Positions 1-7,861 of a DNA stretch of 44,509 bases are shown in pieces. The DNA is from Candidatus Nomurabacteria bacterium RIFCSPHIGHO2_01_FULL_37_25 (GTDB lineage: Bacteria; Patescibacteriota; Minisyncoccia; Phycocordibacterales; UBA9973). Position numbers and translations under genes: made by a program. Each line of letters begins with the position of its first letter. The first letter of the stretch is position 1. Under the pieces are notes generated by a model. The model was not told the origin of the DNA and did no database searches. It worked only from the letters and a program-made list of their open reading frames with translations. Where the stretch lies: the NCBI GenBank assembly GCA_001786765.1, contig MFTH01000003.1:1-44509 (forward strand). The letters run 5' to 3'.

Positions 1-30
1 TTTAATGCTTTCGGGGGAATTCAATTTTTC

Positions 31-53
31 TTTTTAAGAATTAGCAATATAAA
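31..53 (+). repeat. 23-bp direct repeat, copy 1 (flanks the 79..777 gene)
   Basis: TTTTTAAGAATTAGCAATATAAA, 22/23 identical to 781..803. Confidence 0.85.
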
Positions 54-78
54 ATAAATAATAATATAATAAATTTAT

Positions 79-777
79 ATGTTGGAGCAATTACCGAATA
101 TATTAATATGGGCGACTATTTGGATTGTATCTTGGGGAATTTTTTTTTGGTTCGTACATAAAAAGAATGTTGATTATATAAAATATTTTGTTTTGACTGC
201 TGCATACTTTTTATGTGTTGCAATAATTACTTCTTTGGTTTTTAGAGACCACATCGCTAGAGCCCTACAAAATTTTACAGCTATACCCTTAATCGTTCTT
301 GGACTTGTAATTCTGGTGCATATTATTTTGTATATTTATCTTCCTAAATATCTTCAGGAACCAAAAGATTATTTTGAAAAATATCCCAAAAGACAGTATT
401 TGAAAATTGATCGAAGGCGTTTGTTATCAAAATCAATAGATATTTTATCTCAGCAAGTATTTGTTGTTCTACTTGTGATATTTTTACAAGATGCTGGTCT
501 AGCTCTCAATCAAATAATAATTGCCTTTGCAGTCATTTTTGGTCTTGTTCACACGCCGTTAATTTTAGTTGAGCGTGGGACATGGCCATCTTGGTACTTT
601 ACTGTATTTTCTATTTTATCCGCTATTATTTTCCCTATCTTAATTATCAAAGTTCAATATGGTTTTGTATATAGCTATATTGTTCATTGGGTGTTTTATA
701 CATTCACCGCTATTGGTTTTTGGATTGTTTACGCAAAGCGTAAAGAAAATAAAAATTATGATTTTCCAAAAGCTTAA
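79..777 (+). CDS. Multi-pass membrane protein, possibly CPBP (Abi/CAAX protease)-like
   Basis: 232-aa hydrophobic ORF; DILSQQ, FGLVH and HWVFY segments resemble degenerate CPBP motifs. Confidence 0.55.
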   Translation: MLEQLPNILIWATIWIVSWGIFFWFVHKKNVDYIKYFVLTAAYFLCVAIITSLVFRDHIARALQNFTAIPLIVLGLVILVHIILYIYLPKYLQEPKDYFEKYPKRQYLKIDRRRLLSKSIDILSQQVFVVLLVIFLQDAGLALNQIIIAFAVIFGLVHTPLILVERGTWPSWYFTVFSILSAIIFPILIIKVQYGFVYSYIVHWVFYTFTAIGFWIVYAKRKENKNYDFPKA

Positions 778-780
778 ATT

Positions 781-803
781 TTTTTAAGAATTAACAATAT
801 AAA
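781..803 (+). repeat. 23-bp direct repeat, copy 2 (leader of the recombinase remnant)
   Basis: TTTTTAAGAATTAACAATATAAA, followed by TTTATG at 804-809. Confidence 0.85.
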
Positions 804-806
804 TTT

Positions 807-869
807 ATGAACATCAAAAATTGCGCTATTTATACTCGTGTCTCAACCGATAACCAAGCGGAAGCATAA
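807..869 (+). pseudogene. N-terminal remnant of a serine recombinase (resolvase/large serine integrase family)
   Basis: Translates MNIKNCAIYTRVSTDNQAEA*; the Y-x-R-V-S-T-x-x-Q catalytic-serine motif is intact, then the sequence switches into the att-like repeat. Not in the ORF track. Confidence 0.75.
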
Positions 870-950
870 CTTACGAACGATAAAATGGGAAGAGGTGTTT
901 CCGCATTTCTTTCTGTTTCTTTGCAACAAATCAAGCAACTACTCATTATT
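860..950 (+). repeat. att-like repeat copy 1 (hybrid: recombinase 5' arm plus shared right arm)
   Basis: GGAAGCATAACTTACGAACGATAAAATGGGAAGAGGTGTTTCCGCATTTC...TCTGTTTCTTTGCAACAAAT matches 3921-3990 and 6256-6325. Confidence 0.85.
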
Positions 951-1045
951 ATTTAATTAGGGGCTACACTTACAAGTTAAACTTATGATTAAAAAGCAGG
1001 CATGGAAAAAGTAGAACAAAAAAACCACTTTGACTCAAATACCGT

Positions 1046-2644
1046 TTATTTAAATAATTCCATAAAAGAAGCAAGGACAAGACCAAGTATATTTGTGGTT
1101 GGTATTCGCGAGTGGGGTTGCAATTCAGGAGGAGGTTGCAAATTTTCACCTGATGGTATTTGGTAACTTCCCTCATTAGGCATCAATGTGTCTGAAGTTG
1201 GTGGAGTCATTTCCCATGGTGTACGAAATTCTTCCATTGGTTGCTGAAACTGATGTTGGTATTGTTGATTATATTCTTGCTGATATTGCAGATCGTATTT
1301 TTGATTCAAATCTTTCGGTGGTAGAAATTCCCCGTCTTTAAATTTCATCATTTGGTTTCTCTCAATATTTTCACCACCATTTGCTCCTTCTTCCTTGTTA
1401 CTTTCTCTTTTTAATTCACCTCTATCATCGATATCTATATTCATTTCTCTTTGCGGTGGAGAAAATTTCTGACATTCCTCCATATGATCTTTACAGTAAG
1501 TCATACACTCGTCTGGTCCCTTGCACCCTCCTGGACCGCTAAAATCCTCTCTGTCTCCTCGGCTTTCTGTATTTTCTTTATCCCTTTGTTCGCCGGCATT
1601 AAAATCACCACCCATTTGAGTCATAAAACCTTCAAAGCATGTATGCATTTTTTCTCCCATTGCTTCTCCGCCAAAAAACTCTCCGGACTGCATTTTCTCC
1701 AATCCTCCCGGACCAAGCGCTTCTTCGAGACACGCGATTACCTCGGGTGGAGCGTCTTCAAAAACTTTTTCTATTTGTTTTCGACCTTCTTCCATACGAC
1801 GCAGATCATCTTCTTTTAAAACTCCGTTTTCTTTGGCCCATTCGAAACATACTTGCTGGTTGCCGGCTTGTTCACAAAAAGCTTGGCATTGTCGGCCCTT
1901 ACACCCTCCCGGACCCCGTCCGCCTGCTTTTTTAAAAGCTTCAATGTGTTTTCTTTCTTCTTCATGTATCATGCCGTGTTTTTCGGCAAATGAAATACAT
2001 TCGTCAAAGTGTTCATCTGACTCACAGTAAGCTTCGCATTCGTCTTTGGACTTACATCCACCGGGAGTTTCTCCACTCTTCATTAATGGCATAAATTTTT
2101 TTGCTTGTTCAAGTTCTTCTGGAGGTAAGAACCCGCTTTCTTCGGCAAAGGCTAGACATTCTTCCATGTGATCTGGATTTTGACAATAATTCTCGCAGGC
2201 ATTTTTATTACGACAATCACCCGGCATTTTTTTACCACTTTGTATTATGGCGCGCACTTTTTTGGCTTCTTCTAAATCCTTGCCTTTCATTAAGCCATTC
2301 TCTTCTGCAAAAGCAACACATGTTTCAATATTGGCTACGTCGTCACAATAATTTTCGCAAGAAGCTTTAGAATTACACCCCCCTGGCCCACCCTTAACCC
2401 CGAGCACTTTTTCTGAAATACGAATTTCTTCCTCTGGTAGAAGCTGGTATTTTTTGGCGAAAGCCAAACACTGCGTTGCATTTTCATCAAGTTCGCAATA
2501 GGCGAAACACTCCGCCTTGTCGCTACATCCACCGAGTTCCATCACAGGAAAAACAATTTCCGACGCTTCATTCTGAGCTAACACAAAAGAAACAGAAAAT
2601 ATTCCCAAAGAGATAAGTAAAATTGTAAAAAGTTTCTGTTTCAT
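1046..2644 (-). CDS. Secreted/membrane-anchored protein with six Cys-rich repeats (PGGC-x5-C-x3-C-x8-C)
   Basis: 532 aa; signal peptide-like N-terminus, repeats such as GPGGCNSKASCENYC, Q/P-rich tail, C-terminal hydrophobic segment. Confidence 0.85.
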   Translation of the reverse strand: MKQKLFTILLISLGIFSVSFVLAQNEASEIVFPVMELGGCSDKAECFAYCELDENATQCLAFAKKYQLLPEEEIRISEKVLGVKGGPGGCNSKASCENYCDDVANIETCVAFAEENGLMKGKDLEEAKKVRAIIQSGKKMPGDCRNKNACENYCQNPDHMEECLAFAEESGFLPPEELEQAKKFMPLMKSGETPGGCKSKDECEAYCESDEHFDECISFAEKHGMIHEEERKHIEAFKKAGGRGPGGCKGRQCQAFCEQAGNQQVCFEWAKENGVLKEDDLRRMEEGRKQIEKVFEDAPPEVIACLEEALGPGGLEKMQSGEFFGGEAMGEKMHTCFEGFMTQMGGDFNAGEQRDKENTESRGDREDFSGPGGCKGPDECMTYCKDHMEECQKFSPPQREMNIDIDDRGELKRESNKEEGANGGENIERNQMMKFKDGEFLPPKDLNQKYDLQYQQEYNQQYQHQFQQPMEEFRTPWEMTPPTSDTLMPNEGSYQIPSGENLQPPPELQPHSRIPTTNILGLVLASFMELFK

Positions 2645-2961
2645 TCAAAAGGATTTTTTGTTTTAAAGGGATTAATTTTTTCTGTTGGACTAAGATCCGG
2701 CACATTCTTTACCGGGTTTGTCTCTACCTGCACTTTAGGTGGCTGACTTAACACTTCTACTGCTTCTTCGATAGTTTTCACACTAGTATCTTTTTCTTCG
2801 ATATCTCTTCCTATAAAATACCAATAAAACCCCACAGTAATTATAATAATTGCTGTAATCACTCCGACTAAAACATTTTTATTTATACTATTTGTATTGT
2901 CCACTAGATTTAAGTATACACCTAAGTTAATTGTCAAACAATATATTGTATAGATACTCAC
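2641..2961 (-). CDS. Small single-TM hypothetical protein (true start may be GTG at 2904)
   Basis: ORF between co-oriented genes, one TM helix VLVGVITAIIIITVGFYWYF. Confidence 0.7.
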   Translation of the reverse strand: MSIYTIYCLTINLGVYLNLVDNTNSINKNVLVGVITAIIIITVGFYWYFIGRDIEEKDTSVKTIEEAVEVLSQPPKVQVETNPVKNVPDLSPTEKINPFKTKNPFE

Positions 2962-3881
2962 CCGTCAATTAAATCTAGGGTTAAACAACCAGGAATGCTG
3001 GTTGACTCTTCGTAAAGTGATTGATCGCCGACGTATTCTTCCCAGGATTTAAAAAGAGAAACAATCTTCTTTTCTGTTTCTTGCTTGATGCTCGGATCAA
3101 GATAAAGAAACGGGCAAACATGTTGCGGAGCGCTTCCTCCCTTCAAAATCCCGATTTCTACAGCGCCGAATCCAGCAGGCGCTCCTCGATCAAAATTGCT
3201 TACCTCTCCGAGAATTTGACCCGCTTTTACTTTATCACCGACTTTAACCCTAGGATTCAGTATGTGCTCTGTTTCATAAATCCATTTTTCTAATTTACCG
3301 TTGGCAGTTACTTGAATAGAATAATCACCACTCCAGAGGGTAGGCATACTAACTACTACTCCGTCTACTAAAGAATGTACCGGAGTGCCTAGAGGCAGAA
3401 TGAAAGTAGGTTGCGGGTTATATTTATCAGGGGACGCGCTACTCGAGGGTATAAAAAAACCATAAGGCATAAATAAGCGATTAAAAGATAATTTTTGTTT
3501 TGTAAAAACAAAATCGCCTGCTGTATTTGACCCCGGATCATAATAACCCAAATTTACGCCAATACTTTTGAGAAGTAATGGTGGGACATCGTTGATATTT
3601 TCCTGAACAACTAGAACTGGAGGTTGAGCTGGTGGATTATTTTTAATTGTGACAGAAGAAGTGGATTCGGGTTTTACGATTTCTAGTTTTTTGATTTTCG
3701 ATGTATTTGCAATTCTAGTTTCAGAAGCTGGCAATTGATCAGTTTTATCTAAGATTATATCTGCGTCAGGTATTCCAATAGATGGATCCTTTTTGAAGGA
3801 ATAATAGACAAGACTGAGCAATATGGTAACTGCTACTACTATGTTTACCACATAGAAATTCAAAAAACCTTTTTTATTCAT
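2958..3881 (-). CDS. Membrane-anchored M23/LytM-like fold protein lacking the zinc motifs
   Basis: GTPVHSLVDGVVV and VKVGDKVKAGQILG are M23-type segments; HxxxD and HxH not seen. Confidence 0.65.
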   Translation of the reverse strand: MNKKGFLNFYVVNIVVAVTILLSLVYYSFKKDPSIGIPDADIILDKTDQLPASETRIANTSKIKKLEIVKPESTSSVTIKNNPPAQPPVLVVQENINDVPPLLLKSIGVNLGYYDPGSNTAGDFVFTKQKLSFNRLFMPYGFFIPSSSASPDKYNPQPTFILPLGTPVHSLVDGVVVSMPTLWSGDYSIQVTANGKLEKWIYETEHILNPRVKVGDKVKAGQILGEVSNFDRGAPAGFGAVEIGILKGGSAPQHVCPFLYLDPSIKQETEKKIVSLFKSWEEYVGDQSLYEESTSIPGCLTLDLIDG

Positions 3882-3912
3882 AAAATTATTTTACCATAGA
3901 TTACCCTGACTG

Positions 3913-3990
3913 GCTCGCTTGGAAGTATAGCTTACGAACGATAAAATGGGAGGTGTTTCCGCATTTCCTTCTGTTTCTTTGCAACAAATT
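3913..3990 (+). repeat. att-like repeat copy 2
   Basis: GCTCGCTTGGAAGTATAGCTTACGAACGATAAAATGGGAGGTGTTTCCGCATTTCCTTCTGTTTCTTTGCAACAAAT. Confidence 0.85.
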
Positions 3991-4057
3991 CGTAAATTAG
4001 TTTCCATTGTTAAAAATGATTAATAGTTATTCTTTTACCCCCACCCCTAAAAGTATA

Positions 4058-4990
4058 TTATACCTCCCAAACTTTATCACCGGGAGCAAAATCAACCTGG
4101 TATTCTGGAATACCTAATTTAAGACCGTATTTTTTAGCATCTTTATAAAGTATAGGGTTTTTCAAATCCACTTTAAATATTTTCCCTTGATAAACTATAA
4201 AATGGTAATGTTTATTTTTAAAATCAGCATACCAATTGTGTTTTTTGTCTAAGTTTTGACTTAATTGTTCAGCAATTTTATCTGCATTTTCTTCTTTAAT
4301 TTCAACAGTATGTAAAGTCCATTGTTTTTCCCAAGGTGTTTTATGTTTTTCTTTGATAGGTTCTATATTAGTTTTTAAGATTTTTATACCTTTCAGAATA
4401 TCTTTATTTTCTAAACTTTCTTCTATTACTACACCTCTATAGTAGAACTTTTGAAACTTAACCATATCAATATTGGAAAATACTCTAGGTATTGAAGACT
4501 CTTTTATCATTCCAAGTGAAGGACTTGAACCAAATCCTATATATTCAAGACTTTTCTTTTTTGCCTTACAAACATATTTAATAGCTGGAATAAGGTCAGT
4601 GTCTGAACTTATCACAATTGCTGTATCGTATAGATTGTCTGTTGCGCCTATTACTAAATCTACTGCTAGTTTTATATCTACACCCTTCTCTCTAATATTA
4701 CCATCATCATACATTATTCTTCCGTGTTTTACTTCAAATCCTTCTGCTTTTAAGCTATTCAAAAATGTCTGCTGATTTTTTACCATCTTTTCTGCTTTTT
4801 CTGAACCATCAACATTTCTCACTATTCCTATGTAGTATCTTTTTGATACCAATACTCTTTCTCCAACTAGATGTTCTATAAAAGCAGAATAATCAATCCT
4901 TGCCAATTTTTCTGGTATTCCTAAATCTTTCAATCTTCTGTAGGTATTACCCCCATCAATATATACAGCGACCCTTTCTTTTTTATCCAT
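4058..4990 (-). CDS. NYN (LabA/DUF88, PIN-like) ribonuclease fused to an uncharacterised C-terminal domain
   Basis: VYIDGGN, EKGVDIKLAVD and SSDTDLIPA acidic motifs in aa 1-180; ~130 extra aa follow. Confidence 0.85.
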   Translation of the reverse strand: MDKKERVAVYIDGGNTYRRLKDLGIPEKLARIDYSAFIEHLVGERVLVSKRYYIGIVRNVDGSEKAEKMVKNQQTFLNSLKAEGFEVKHGRIMYDDGNIREKGVDIKLAVDLVIGATDNLYDTAIVISSDTDLIPAIKYVCKAKKKSLEYIGFGSSPSLGMIKESSIPRVFSNIDMVKFQKFYYRGVVIEESLENKDILKGIKILKTNIEPIKEKHKTPWEKQWTLHTVEIKEENADKIAEQLSQNLDKKHNWYADFKNKHYHFIVYQGKIFKVDLKNPILYKDAKKYGLKLGIPEYQVDFAPGDKVWEV

Positions 4991-5020
4991 AATGCGAGTT
5001 TAGCATATTATTTAGACCAT

Positions 5021-5057
5021 AACAAAAACCGCCTCTGTCCTTGCGGACAGAGGCGGT
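5021..5057 (-). terminator. Intrinsic terminator upstream of the NYN gene
   Basis: Perfect 13-bp stem 5028-5040/5045-5057, GCAA loop on the minus strand, followed by TTTTTGTT. Confidence 0.8.
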
Positions 5058-5072
5058 GGTGTTAGTTAGCCC

Positions 5073-5101
5073 ATTATATACCTGTATTACAAAAAAATCA
5101 A
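5073..5101 (-). promoter_or_regulatory. sigma70-type promoter driving a short RNA
   Basis: TTGATT-17 bp-TATAAT on the minus strand. Confidence 0.7.
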
Positions 5102-5131
5102 TAGACTGTGGAAAACTAAAATTAGCTATAT

Positions 5132-5401
5132 TTAAGCAGTGGATAAGTTCATTTTTTCAAGAAAACCTTTTGACATAAGTTTAAGGGTTTTTTTATCTAA
5201 ATTTTGTAAATTTTCCCATAGCTGAAATGTTTTGTAATTTTTATCCATTTCAATAATTTTCCATTCATTTGGCTCAATTTCTACAAAATCATCATCTTCG
5301 GGTGTATATTCTTTATTCATTACCAAAAACGGGAAATAAAAATCTTTATGCCCATCCAAATATTGCAAAATTTTTATAGCCAATTCTCTACTTATATCCA
5401 T
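5132..5401 (-). CDS. Hypothetical protein
   Basis: 89-aa ORF co-oriented with its neighbours; no motif recognised. Confidence 0.6.
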   Translation of the reverse strand: MDISRELAIKILQYLDGHKDFYFPFLVMNKEYTPEDDDFVEIEPNEWKIIEMDKNYKTFQLWENLQNLDKKTLKLMSKGFLEKMNLSTA

Positions 5402-5435
5402 ATATGATTTTTGATCAAATACAAATAAAAGTCAA

Positions 5436-6224
5436 CTATCGAAGTTTGTATTTACCTTGTCCAACGAAATCAAGATACTGTTTATCACGTGGGAATTGTA
5501 ATTGCTGGCGGATTTTGTCTTTAATATGTTTATTTTCCGGATGAATAACTTTTAAATCAGGTTCAAAATTATAAACATCTTGCAGATAAAATTCCTTTTT
5601 ATTCAAAGAATCAATACAATTCATAATATCCAAAATCCAACCTTTTGCATCTGCTTTCTTAACTTCTTTGAGAAAAATTGTTTTCTGCCATTTGTCTAAA
5701 ACTTGTTTTTTTGAAATTTCTTTTCCGTCTTCAATATAAAATATCTGACCTGCTTTCGGTATCTTTGAAAACAAAATATTAGAACCAACCCAACCTGCTC
5801 TGCGTGCAGTTTTTTAAAGTGGTTTCCTTTTTTCAATAATTTCAGAAATAAAAAAGTGTTTAGGCACAACAAAAAAGTCATTTACATAAAAAGACTCTAA
5901 ATAACCCACAAAGAAGAAATTGGGTTTTGTAGTAGAATTTATTCTTTCAATCATTTTTGAATAAGCTCCCGCAGGCACAGTTTTACCAATTTTTCCTTTT
6001 TTAGATTTTAACTCAAAATCTTCATTACATTTTTTGCAATAGAAATCAGCAACTGGTTTATTATTTTCATATTCATAAATTTTTACCGCTCCACAATTTG
6101 GACAATATATTTGATTTAAAACCCAATCTTCGCTTAAAACACGAATTTTTTGGGAAGCACTTATGTAGTTATCTGTAATATTTTCTGCAAAAGATACATT
6201 GATTTTTCGTTCGGCTACTACCAT
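5436..6224 (-). pseudogene. DpnI/Dam-replacing-family methyl-directed endonuclease with one in-frame TAA
   Basis: SQKIRVLSEDW, YCPNCG, NNKPVADFYC, ELKSKK, then RKPL*KTARRAGW and KDKIRQQLQ; the two track ORFs are in the same frame (stop at 5814-5816). Confidence 0.9.
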
Positions 6225-6247
6225 CTTTATATGATAGCAAATTCTCT

Positions 6248-6350
6248 GCTCGCTTGGAAGTATAACTTACGAACGATTAAATGGGAAGAGGTGTTCTCTT
6301 ATCCGTCTGTTTCTTTACAACAAATGAGGCAATTACTGGCGATTTTTTAG
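6248..6350 (+). repeat. att-like repeat copy 3
   Basis: GCTCGCTTGGAAGTATAACTTACGAACGATTAAATGGGAAGAGG...; open frame reads LLAWKYNLRTIKWEEVFSYPSVSLQQMRQLLAIF*. Confidence 0.85.
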
Positions 6351-6446
6351 TAATTATCTTGGACGGGGGCAGGGTTGTCGTGTCTGCGTATAATGTGTAT
6401 ATATCTTTAGGCATCCCCGCACAGATTGGATTTTAACCAAATTATC

Positions 6447-6818
6447 ATGGAAGAAGAAAAAATAAAAGAAAAAAATAAATTACCCAAAACCAATCATAGG
6501 GTCTTTAAATACTTTAAAGCTCTTAAACAAGGCAAGACAAAAACTGAGGCTTCTATTATAGCTGGTTATCCTGATCCAAACCATACGACAAGAATTGAGA
6601 AGACAAAAGGTTTTCAAGTCCTTGAAAGATATTATAAGCATGAGCTATTAAACCAGATTTCTTTACAGGAAATAGCTGAAGTGAATGCTAGGAATATACG
6701 ACAGGAAAGAGACATTGGAGGGTCTAATACTGCCATCAAGCTGGCTTTGGAGAAAATAGAGCCAGATCAGATAAGAGAAGACGATTTTGATAAGGTAATT
6801 GTAGTTTTGAGCAAGTAA
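6447..6818 (+). CDS. Putative phage terminase small subunit-like / HTH protein
   Basis: KTEASIIAGY followed by IEKTKGFQ resembles TerS N-termini; ATG at 6447 preferred over TTG at 6426. Confidence 0.45.
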   Translation: MEEEKIKEKNKLPKTNHRVFKYFKALKQGKTKTEASIIAGYPDPNHTTRIEKTKGFQVLERYYKHELLNQISLQEIAEVNARNIRQERDIGGSNTAIKLALEKIEPDQIREDDFDKVIVVLSK

Positions 6819-6832
6819 TGGGTTAAAAAAGG

Positions 6833-7273
6833 TTAAACTTTCCCACACACAGACCAGAAACAACCTATCTTGTAGATTATTATTAGAGCAATAATGCTTA
6901 GTATAAATAAAACTATGTCTGGTAAATAACCCATGACCTTTTCCCATTTTGTAGATTCTACATTGGTTTTACCAAGTAATTGGTCAATGGATTTTCTAGA
7001 AGCAATTTCCCAGCTTTTTAATTGATGATTATACAACCATAAGGTTAAGGGGATAAGAAGAACTAGTGTACATATTAAAATACGGACTGTGCTGTCTAGG
7101 GGTAGAATTTTTTCATTGAAAGTAGCAATCACAAGAAAAGTAGCTAATATGCCTGTGGTTGTCGGTACTATCCCTAGTCTTGTACCAATAGCCTCTTTTA
7201 CCATGTTCAAATAGAAGCTTATGATGGGAAATTTTTGATCTTGGGAGAGTTTTTCAAAATCTTCTTTTTCCAT
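6833..7273 (-). CDS. Hypothetical membrane protein
   Basis: 146 aa with about 3 hydrophobic helices. Confidence 0.7.
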   Translation of the reverse strand: MEKEDFEKLSQDQKFPIISFYLNMVKEAIGTRLGIVPTTTGILATFLVIATFNEKILPLDSTVRILICTLVLLIPLTLWLYNHQLKSWEIASRKSIDQLLGKTNVESTKWEKVMGYLPDIVLFILSIIALIIIYKIGCFWSVCGKV

Positions 7274-7337
7274 ATCTAACTATGATACATGTAGTATTCA
7301 ATAATTCCTATTCCTAGTAGTATCGCTAACCAGTCAA

Positions 7338-7637
7338 TCATTTTTCTTTATCATCCATTTTTACTTTTGAGTTGAGTAAAATAATCAAGGACACCCATGG
7401 CATAAAAGGAACCAATGTAGATAAACCAAGTCCCCATGATACAGCCGTTTTCATTTTAAGTTTTAAAGCATACCAAATTGTTAATGCTATTAGTCCGATT
7501 TTTGTAATGATTGTAAGTAATTGTGATAATTCTTCAGATAATAGGATATTCCCAGACATTACTCCTATGCGGACAAGAATAGGTGGCACTATAAGAACCA
7601 CGAACCAAATAATGTATGTCTTTTTATTAGTTTTCAT
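7338..7637 (-). CDS. Small hypothetical membrane protein
   Basis: 99 aa with 3 hydrophobic segments. Confidence 0.65.
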   Translation of the reverse strand: MKTNKKTYIIWFVVLIVPPILVRIGVMSGNILLSEELSQLLTIITKIGLIALTIWYALKLKMKTAVSWGLGLSTLVPFMPWVSLIILLNSKVKMDDKEK

Positions 7638-7842
7638 ATTTTCTAAGTAAATAAAGAATAAGAACAGCTGAAAAGAAATATATAAAAGTTAGGGTTAGAG
7701 AATATTCACAATTACCTCCTAAGCTAAGAATATTATCACAGGCACGACCAATAGAATTGTGACGAAGAAACATTCCGTGAACAGCCCAAACAACAACTCC
7801 TATTTCAGCAATTACTAATAAAATCTTGGTATATCTTTTCAT
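7627..7842 (-). CDS. Small hypothetical membrane protein
   Basis: 71 aa, two TM segments with a Cys pair between them; overlaps the next gene by 11 nt. Confidence 0.55.
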   Translation of the reverse strand: MKRYTKILLVIAEIGVVVWAVHGMFLRHNSIGRACDNILSLGGNCEYSLTLTFIYFFSAVLILYLLRKYEN

Positions 7843-7861
7843 ATAATTTTATTACTACCAA

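Noticed and set aside
5814-5816. Stop-codon reassignment explaining the DpnI break
   Set aside because: The codon is TAA, which ends many genes here, and TGA also acts as a stop (e.g. 37141-37143), so code 25 is not indicated.
860-6350. The three repeats as a CRISPR array
   Set aside because: Units are about 80-100 bp, separated by kilobases of genes, and there are no cas genes.
6150-6350. 66-aa plus-strand ORF as a real gene
   Set aside because: Its 5' part is antisense to the DpnI-like gene; only the repeat-derived tail is meaningful.
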